Origin: Synechococcus sp. A15-28
GTDB lineage: Bacteria; Cyanobacteriota; Cyanobacteriia; PCC-6307; Cyanobiaceae
Reading direction: 5' to 3'
NCBI RefSeq assembly: GCF_014280175.1
Contig: NZ_CP047931.1
Location: 2,160,001-2,192,000, forward strand
DNA length: 32,000 nucleotides
Each line of letters opens with the position of its first letter. The stretch's first letter is position 1. This document shows positions 25,954 through 32,000 of this stretch, piece after piece. The translations under genes and the position numbers were made by a program. The notes below the pieces were generated by a model that ran no database searches, had not been told where the DNA came from, and worked only from the letters and a program-made list of their open reading frames with translations.

Positions 25954-28833
25954 CTAAGCAGCAACCGCCACAGCAATCTCTTCAACACTTGGGCACGTGC
26001 AAATCAAGTTGCGATCGCCATAGGCATTGTCAATACGAGCCACCGCGGGCCACACCTTGTTCTGCTGCTGATCAGGCAACGGGAATGCAGCCTGTTGTCG
26101 GCTGTAAGGACGATCCCAGTCCTCTGCGATGACAGCAGCCATCGTGTGAGGAGCCTGTTTCAAGGGGTTATTGCTGGCATCAATAGCCCCTGATTCGATC
26201 TCCCGAATTTCATCGCGGATGGCAATCATGGCGTCAGCAAAACGATCCAATTCCACCAGGCTTTCGCTTTCGGTGGGCTCCACCATCACGGTGCCGGCCA
26301 CAGGCCAACTCACCGTCGGCGCGTGGAAGCCGTAATCCATCAATCGTTTGGCGATGTCATCCACATCGATCCCGGCATCCCGTTTCAACGGACGCAAATC
26401 AAGGATGCATTCATGGGCAACACGTCCGGTGGCACCGCGGAACAGCACGGGGTAGTGCGGGTCCAGGCGAAGGGCCAGATAGTTGGCAGACAGCAACGCC
26501 ACCGCTGTGGCCTGGCGCAGGGCCTCCGCCCCCATCATCCGCAGGTACATCCAGCTGATCGGCAGGATGCTCGCACTGCCAAGAGCCGCTGCAGACACTG
26601 GCCCAATGGCTTGATCTGGCGAAGCCTGCAAGGGATGACCGGGGAGGAAGGGAGCCAGATGGGCCGCCACACCGATAGGACCAACACCGGGTCCGCCACC
26701 GCCGTGGGGAATGCAGAAGGTCTTGTGCAGGTTCAGATGGCAGACATCGGCACCGAAGGCGCCTGGACGGCACAAACCAACTTGAGCATTGAGGTTGGCG
26801 CCATCGAGATACACCTGACCACCGTGGCGATGCACCAGCTCACAAATCCCACGAATGCCGGTCTCGAAGACGCCATGGGTGGAGGGGTAGGTGACCATCA
26901 GGGCCGCCAATCGGTCGGCATGCTCCGCTGCACGGGCAGCCAGATCCTGCTGATCGATATTTCCGTCGGCGTCGCAAGCCACAGCCACAACCTTGAGACC
27001 CGCCATCACGGCACTGGCGGGGTTCGTGCCATGGGCACTGGTGGGGATCAGGCAGACATCGCGATGGTCGTCGCCTCTGGAGCGATGCCAGGCCCGGATC
27101 ACCAGCAGCCCGGCGTACTCCCCCTGGGACCCGGCATTGGGCTGAAGGGACACCGCCGCAAACCCCGTGAGAGCTGCTAGCCAGGCCTCCAGCTGCTCGG
27201 CCAACCGCTGATAGCCCGCAGCCTGCCGAGCGGGGGCGAAAGGGTGCAGCCCGGCGAATGCGGGCCAGCTCACCGGCAGCAGCTCTGCGGCCGCATTGAG
27301 CTTCATCGTGCAGCTGCCGAGGGGGATCATCCCGTGCACCAACGAGAGATCACGACTCACCAGGCGCTGGATGTAGCGCATCAATTCGGTCTCACTGCGG
27401 TGGCTGTGGAACACCGGTTGCGTGAGCCAGCCAGCGTCTCGCTCGGGTACACCGTCAAGCTCCTTGACGGAGACCAGCGGCAGGGCAGGGGCAACCTGTC
27501 CAACGGCGGCGGCCAAGGCCTCCGCCAATCTGGACAGTTCATCGGCTGTGGTGCATTCGTCCAAGGCGATGCCGAATCCCGTTGCCTCCGTGGCATCCGC
27601 ACCATCCGGCAGCACCCGCAGGTTGAAACCTGCTTCCCCAACCGCTTGATGCACAGCTGGAGAGAGGGGTGAAGTCAGGGTGACCGTGTCGAAGCGCTCG
27701 CCCTCCGGAACGACGAAGCCAAGGCTCTGCAGGACCAGCTCAAGCTGACGGCGCTGACCCACGATGCGGCGAGCGATCGCCATCAGACCGTCCGGGCCGT
27801 GGTGGACGGCGTAAAAGGACGCCATCACGGCAAGAAGCACCTGTGCTGTGCAGATGTTGCTGGTGGCCTTGTCGCGGCGGATGTGCTGTTCACGGGTCTG
27901 CAGAGCCAGCCGCAGGGCCGGATTGCCTGCCGAATCCTTGGACTGACCCACCAGACGGCCGGGGATCTGACGCTTGTAAGCATCTTTGGTGGCAAAGAAG
28001 GCGGCATGCGGGCCCCCGAAACCCATCGGCACGCCGAAACGCTGGGCACTGCCCACAGCGATGTCCGCACCGAAGGACGCCACGGGGGCGATCAGGGTCT
28101 GAGCCAGGGGATCGATGGCCACCGTCACCAGAGCCCCAGCCTCATGGGCACGGGCGATCACATCGCTCGGATCCCAGACCTGACCATCCGCACCGGGCAA
28201 CTGCAGCAACACACCGAAGACGGTGGGGTCGAAGCTGGCCTGTTGCGGCGTCACCCGTTCCAGAACGATCCCCAAGGGTTCCGCACGGGTCTGCAGCACA
28301 GCCCAGGTCTGGGGGAGGACGTTCTCATCCACCAGGAAGCGGTTGGCCTCCGCCCGTCGACAGAGGCCGCAGCTCAGGCTCATTGCTTCCGCCGCCGCTG
28401 TGGCCTCGTCGAGCAGGGAGGCGTTGGCGATGGGCAGACCGGTCAGTTCGCTGATCAGGGTCTGAAAATTGAGCAGAGCCTCGAGGCGCCCCTGGGCAAT
28501 CTCCGCTTGATAGGGGGTGTAAGCGGTGTACCAGGCCGGATTTTCAAAGACGTGCCGCTGGATCAACGCCGGCGTGGCCGTGCCGTAGTAACCCAGGCCG
28601 ATCAAAGAGCGGCGGGAATCGTTGGCAGCGGCAATCTCCCGCAGATGGGCCAACGCTTCGGCCTCCCCACAACATGGAGGAAGCACGTCCCGCGGCGGGG
28701 TGTCATCAAGGATGTCCGCCGGCACCACATCAGCCAAAAAGGCCGCCATATCGGCGAACCCCAAGTCGCTGAGCATCCGCTGCTGCTCCGCGTCGCTCGG
28801 GCCGACGTGACGCTGCAGGAAGGGGGAGGTCAC
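25954..28833 (-). CDS. gcvP: glycine dehydrogenase (aminomethyl-transferring), P protein
   Basis: [22 protein letters not shown]...[23 protein letters not shown] (PLP lysine region)... 959 aa from a GTG at 28833. The longer ORF to 28980 would overlap gcvH. Confidence 0.95.
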   Translation of the reverse strand: MTSPFLQRHVGPSDAEQQRMLSDLGFADMAAFLADVVPADILDDTPPRDVLPPCCGEAEALAHLREIAAANDSRRSLIGLGYYGTATPALIQRHVFENPAWYTAYTPYQAEIAQGRLEALLNFQTLISELTGLPIANASLLDEATAAAEAMSLSCGLCRRAEANRFLVDENVLPQTWAVLQTRAEPLGIVLERVTPQQASFDPTVFGVLLQLPGADGQVWDPSDVIARAHEAGALVTVAIDPLAQTLIAPVASFGADIAVGSAQRFGVPMGFGGPHAAFFATKDAYKRQIPGRLVGQSKDSAGNPALRLALQTREQHIRRDKATSNICTAQVLLAVMASFYAVHHGPDGLMAIARRIVGQRRQLELVLQSLGFVVPEGERFDTVTLTSPLSPAVHQAVGEAGFNLRVLPDGADATEATGFGIALDECTTADELSRLAEALAAAVGQVAPALPLVSVKELDGVPERDAGWLTQPVFHSHRSETELMRYIQRLVSRDLSLVHGMIPLGSCTMKLNAAAELLPVSWPAFAGLHPFAPARQAAGYQRLAEQLEAWLAALTGFAAVSLQPNAGSQGEYAGLLVIRAWHRSRGDDHRDVCLIPTSAHGTNPASAVMAGLKVVAVACDADGNIDQQDLAARAAEHADRLAALMVTYPSTHGVFETGIRGICELVHRHGGQVYLDGANLNAQVGLCRPGAFGADVCHLNLHKTFCIPHGGGGPGVGPIGVAAHLAPFLPGHPLQASPDQAIGPVSAAALGSASILPISWMYLRMMGAEALRQATAVALLSANYLALRLDPHYPVLFRGATGRVAHECILDLRPLKRDAGIDVDDIAKRLMDYGFHAPTVSWPVAGTVMVEPTESESLVELDRFADAMIAIRDEIREIESGAIDASNNPLKQAPHTMAAVIAEDWDRPYSRQQAAFPLPDQQQNKVWPAVARIDNAYGDRNLICTCPSVEEIAVAVAA

Positions 28834-28889
28834 CAAGGCGGACGCAGTTGAGTTCGCCGATCGTAAAGAAGGGTGACCGCCGCCCGATG

Positions 28890-29279
28890 TCAGCTTGCGT
28901 TCACCTTGGTGCCGTAGGTGCTGGCATCCATGAGGGCCTCGAGCTGGGAGGGATCGCTGGGCCGCAGCACCAGCAACCAACCTTCCCCATGGGGGTCGTT
29001 CTGCAACTCCTCGGGACTGGCGAGCACCGCCTCATTGCGTTGCACCACCTCGCCGGCCACCGGTGCATACATGTCTTCCACAGCCTTCACGGATTCCACC
29101 GATCCAAACGTGGCGCCCTTGTCCAGGCTGTCCCCCACTTGAGGAAGATCCACAAACACGATGTCCCCCAGCTGATCCACAGCAAAGGCACTGATGCCCA
29201 CTCGCACAAGCTCCCCATCGGCATTGGCGTACTCGTGGCTATCAGCGAAGCGAAAGGAAGCGGGGAACTCGAACGCCAT
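28890..29279 (-). CDS. gcvH: glycine cleavage system H protein
   Basis: [79 protein letters not shown], with the lipoyl-lysine context ESVKAV. Confidence 0.97.
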   Translation of the reverse strand: MAFEFPASFRFADSHEYANADGELVRVGISAFAVDQLGDIVFVDLPQVGDSLDKGATFGSVESVKAVEDMYAPVAGEVVQRNEAVLASPEELQNDPHGEGWLLVLRPSDPSQLEALMDASTYGTKVNAS

Positions 29280-29300
29280 CGACGGCAGATCCAGATGTCT

Positions 29301-30578
29301 TCACCCAGTCTGCGGGAGATCGATCAACCCCGCTGCATCCAGCACCGCAAGTGCCCGGGTCAGCGCCAGCTGCACGTGGGCGCGGTGGGTGCCGCCCTGC
29401 ACATAAAGGTTGTAGGGCTCCCTCAGGGGTGCATCGGCCGAAAACTCGCTGGTGGAGCCATCGATGAAGGTGCCACCGGCCATCACCAGGTCACTGGCAT
29501 AGCCCGGCATCGACGCGGGAACGGGATCCAGATAAGCGCCGACCGGTGAACAGGCCTGAAAAGCGCGACAAACCAGCTTGAGCGCTTCAGGGGAACCGAG
29601 CCGAACCGCCTGGATCAGATCACTGCGGTCGGCCCCGGGCGCTGGATTCACCGCAAAACCCAGCCGTTGGAACACACCAGCCACCAGATCAGCTCCGATC
29701 AGGGCCTCCGCCACCATCTGCGGCGCCAGAAACAATCCCTGCAACACCAGCCGCTGCAGGTCAAAACCCGTCCCCCCTTCGCGACCGATGCCCGGTGCCG
29801 TGAGCCGGCAGCAGGCCTGCTCCACCAGGGAGGCCCGTCCAGCGACATAGCCCCCTGTGGGCGCGATTGTTCCCCCCAGGTTTTTGATCAGCGAGCCAGC
29901 GATCAGATCCGCCCCCACCTGCGTTGGCTCCTGCTCCTGCACCAATTCGCCGTAGCAGTTGTCGACGAACACGACGCACTCCGGTTGCCGGCCATGGATG
30001 AGCTCACCGAGGCGTCCGATCTCCGCCACGGGAATCGATGGTCGCCAGCTGTAACCGCAGCTGCGCTGGATCAACACCATCCGGCAAGGGCGCTCCAGGG
30101 CCTGCTCAACAGTTGTGGTGTCCACTGAGCCATCGGCCTGCAGTTCAATCTCGTCGTAGCTGACGCCGAACTCCGCCAGGGAACCCTGGCCTGGATCCCG
30201 CAGGCCGATCACCTCTTCCAGCGTGTCGTAGGGACGCCCGGTGATGGACAGCAAACGGTCGCCGGGCCGCAGCACCCCAAACAGGGCCGCCGCAATGGCA
30301 TGGGTGCCGCTGACGAACTGCATGCGCACAGCAGCCGCTTCTGCACCCAAGACCCGTGCAAACACCCGGTCCACCACTTCACGCCCCTGATCCCCGTGGC
30401 CGTAACCGGTCAGGGATGCGAAATGCTGAGTCCCCACCCGTTCAGCGGCCAGGGCAGCCAGCACGCGCTCCAACCGCTGTTGAACCTGCTCCGTGCGCAC
30501 GGCAGCGAGGGGCTGCAGACCTCTGGCAACGGACGCCACAAAGTCCCTAGCGGCAGCGCTTCCTTCACCACTCGTCAC
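29301..30578 (-). CDS. methionine gamma-lyase family / aluminium-resistance-like PLP-dependent protein
   Basis: GTQHFASLTGYGHGDQGREVVDRVFARVLGAEAAAVRMQFVSGTHAIAAALFGVLRPGD...VFVDNCYGELVQEQEPTQVGADLIAGSLIKNLGGTIAPTGGYVAG, consistent with the YnbB / aluminium-resistance family. Confidence 0.88.
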   Translation of the reverse strand: MTSGEGSAAARDFVASVARGLQPLAAVRTEQVQQRLERVLAALAAERVGTQHFASLTGYGHGDQGREVVDRVFARVLGAEAAAVRMQFVSGTHAIAAALFGVLRPGDRLLSITGRPYDTLEEVIGLRDPGQGSLAEFGVSYDEIELQADGSVDTTTVEQALERPCRMVLIQRSCGYSWRPSIPVAEIGRLGELIHGRQPECVVFVDNCYGELVQEQEPTQVGADLIAGSLIKNLGGTIAPTGGYVAGRASLVEQACCRLTAPGIGREGGTGFDLQRLVLQGLFLAPQMVAEALIGADLVAGVFQRLGFAVNPAPGADRSDLIQAVRLGSPEALKLVCRAFQACSPVGAYLDPVPASMPGYASDLVMAGGTFIDGSTSEFSADAPLREPYNLYVQGGTHRAHVQLALTRALAVLDAAGLIDLPQTG

Positions 30579-30724
30579 GATGCGACATCAGAGTCCAGAT
30601 CTGCAGCATGCCCTCCCGACCACGGGTTATGGGCTCAACTCCTTTAGATTTCGGTCATCAATGGCACCAACCGCTCCTCGGCTTTCTGGTCTGAGCGGCC
30701 TCGTCAACCCCTGGAGTCTTCCTG

Positions 30725-31636
30725 TTGGTTTTCTCGCAAACAGCTGACACCCGCGAGCTTCGGCAACGGGCAGCGGTGCAAGCGCCCCGCGGTCCCCTGC
30801 CGGCCCGTCAGCGCAAGCTCAAGATGGGCACCACCAGTTTCATGGTGGTGATGCACGTGCTGGCCACCGTGGCTCTGCTGCCGCGGTTCTGGAGCTGGCA
30901 GGGCCTGGTGGCCTTCGGAGTGCTGTATTGGGTGACCGTTCTTGGCGTCACCCTGGGTCTGCACCGTCTAGTGGCCCATCGCAGCCTGGTGGTTCCGGTC
31001 TGGGTGGAGCGCGTGCTGGTGATCATGGGCACGCTGGCCTGCCAGAGCGGTCCGATCGAGTGGGTTGGCCTGCACCGCCACCACCACCGCTTCTCCGATC
31101 AACCCTCAGATCACCACGATGCCGGTCGCGGCTTGTGGTGGAGCCACAGCGAATGGATGCTGCACGACATCCCTGCCCTGAAGGAACTCGACCGCTACGC
31201 CGGTGATCTGCAGTGTGATCCCTTCTATCGCTGGCTCGACCGCTGGTTCCTCCTGCTGCAGATCCCCCTTGGACTTGGTCTGTACTGGATCGGAGAAGCA
31301 GCACAGGTGAGCGGTGGCGGCGTGGGACTGGTGCTCTGGGCCATCCCCCTGCGACTGGTGGTCGTGTATCACGTGACCTGGCTGGTGAATTCCGCCACCC
31401 ATGCCTTCGGCTATCGCAATTTCGATTGCCCTGATCTTTCCCGCAACTGCTGGTGGGTGGCACTGCTCTCCTTCGGTGAGGGCTGGCACAACAACCACCA
31501 CGCCCATCCCGCCAGTGCGCGCCATGGTCTGCGTTGGTTCGAGTTCGATCTCACCTGGCAGCACGTGCGCCTGCTCAAGCGCCTTGGCTTGGCAAGCCGT
31601 GTCAGGACGGCTCGCTACGTGCCTGGGGCCTCCTGA
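30725..31636 (+). CDS. acyl-lipid/acyl-CoA desaturase (delta-9 type)
   Basis: Three histidine boxes: HRLVAH, HRHHH and HNNHH; four hydrophobic segments. The start is uncertain: no ATG upstream in frame until the internal MGTTSF, with TTG at 30725 as the ORF start. Confidence 0.92.
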   Translation: MVFSQTADTRELRQRAAVQAPRGPLPARQRKLKMGTTSFMVVMHVLATVALLPRFWSWQGLVAFGVLYWVTVLGVTLGLHRLVAHRSLVVPVWVERVLVIMGTLACQSGPIEWVGLHRHHHRFSDQPSDHHDAGRGLWWSHSEWMLHDIPALKELDRYAGDLQCDPFYRWLDRWFLLLQIPLGLGLYWIGEAAQVSGGGVGLVLWAIPLRLVVVYHVTWLVNSATHAFGYRNFDCPDLSRNCWWVALLSFGEGWHNNHHAHPASARHGLRWFEFDLTWQHVRLLKRLGLASRVRTARYVPGAS

Positions 31637-31710
31637 TCCCCTCAAATTCCTCCGATCAGGCCACGTCGTAACGTGGTCGATCGCACAGATAACGTCCGCC
31701 CCCAGGTTCC

Positions 31711-32000
31711 ATGCCCAAGCGTGTACAAGTCGTTCTGAATGAGGACGTCCTCAGCCTCGGCAGGGACGGAGACCTGGTGGAGGTCGCCCCCGGTTACGCC
31801 CGCAACTTCCTGCTTCCCTTTGGCAAGGCTGTCCCGGTGACGCCTGCGGTGATGAAGCAGGTGGAGCACCGCCGCGCCAAGGAAGCCGAACGCCAAGCAG
31901 CTCTGAAGCAGGCAGCCCTCGACTTCCAGACTGCTCTGGCCACCATCGGTAGTTTCACAGTCAAGAAGCAGACCGGTGAGGACAACGTGCTGTTCGGCAC
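31711..32000 (+). CDS. rplI: 50S ribosomal protein L9, 3'-truncated by the window edge
   Basis: [96 protein letters not shown]. Translated directly; absent from the ORF track because it runs off the end. Confidence 0.96.
   Translation, partial: MPKRVQVVLNEDVLSLGRDGDLVEVAPGYARNFLLPFGKAVPVTPAVMKQVEHRRAKEAERQAALKQAALDFQTALATIGSFTVKKQTGEDNVLFG

Noticed and set aside
25908-25954. GGGGGC...CCAG...CTGG...GCCCCC structure downstream of gcvP
   Set aside because: It can be folded as a possible terminator for the - strand, but the stem is interrupted by unpaired bases and no clean T-tract follows, so I do not call it.
26323-28851. Long + strand ORFs (285, 203 and 350 aa) antisense to gcvP
   Set aside because: The opposite strand encodes GcvP across the full length; the compositions are typical of GC-rich antisense frames.
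28834-28980. N-terminal extension of gcvP ORF to 28980
   Set aside because: It would overlap the 3' end of gcvH. GTG at 28833 gives [16 protein letters not shown], the expected GcvP start region.
1-32000. tRNA, rRNA, CRISPR arrays, insertion sequences, phage or defence genes
   Set aside because: Read for cloverleaf ends, regularly spaced repeats, transposase/integrase motifs and known defence domains, and found nothing supportable. The SNF2/SWIM genes could recall DISARM- or Dnd-like systems, but no methylase, PLD or nuclease partner is present, so a defence role is not claimed.

Overview
This 32 kb window looks like core-type chromosome of a marine picocyanobacterium (Synechococcus-like). 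That assignment is inferred from gene content and from composition of roughly 55-67% GC in the lines I counted. The window is dense with protein-coding genes. I found no convincing tRNA, rRNA, CRISPR array, transposase or prophage. In order, it contains: a 5'-truncated TpsB/ShlB-FhaC-like outer-membrane protein; ndk (-); speA (+); a CHASE2-class III nucleotide cyclase (+); a secreted DUF928-like protein (-); an MscS-type channel with a C-terminal cyclic-nucleotide-binding domain (-); a DUF3307 membrane protein (-); alaS (-); a tightly packed + strand set (small membrane protein, SNF2/RapA-like ATPase, SWIM zinc-finger protein, MEKHLA-domain protein); an Hsp20 gene with a clear terminator; an Nramp transporter (-); paired flavodiiron genes (Flv3-type then Flv1-type) and a rubrerythrin, separated by a perfect 14-bp inverted repeat; a low-GC ZIP transporter (-); a divergent HxlR regulator / FMN reductase-pirin group; two tiny convergent ORFs; gcvP, gcvH and a methionine gamma-lyase-like PLP enzyme (-); an acyl desaturase (+); and the start of rplI (+). 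The best leads are the cyclase / cNMP-gated MscS channel neighbourhood, the hairpin between flv1 and rubrerythrin, the SNF2/SWIM/MEKHLA putative operon, and the compositionally atypical ZIP transporter island. No clearly new defence or mobile system was found.
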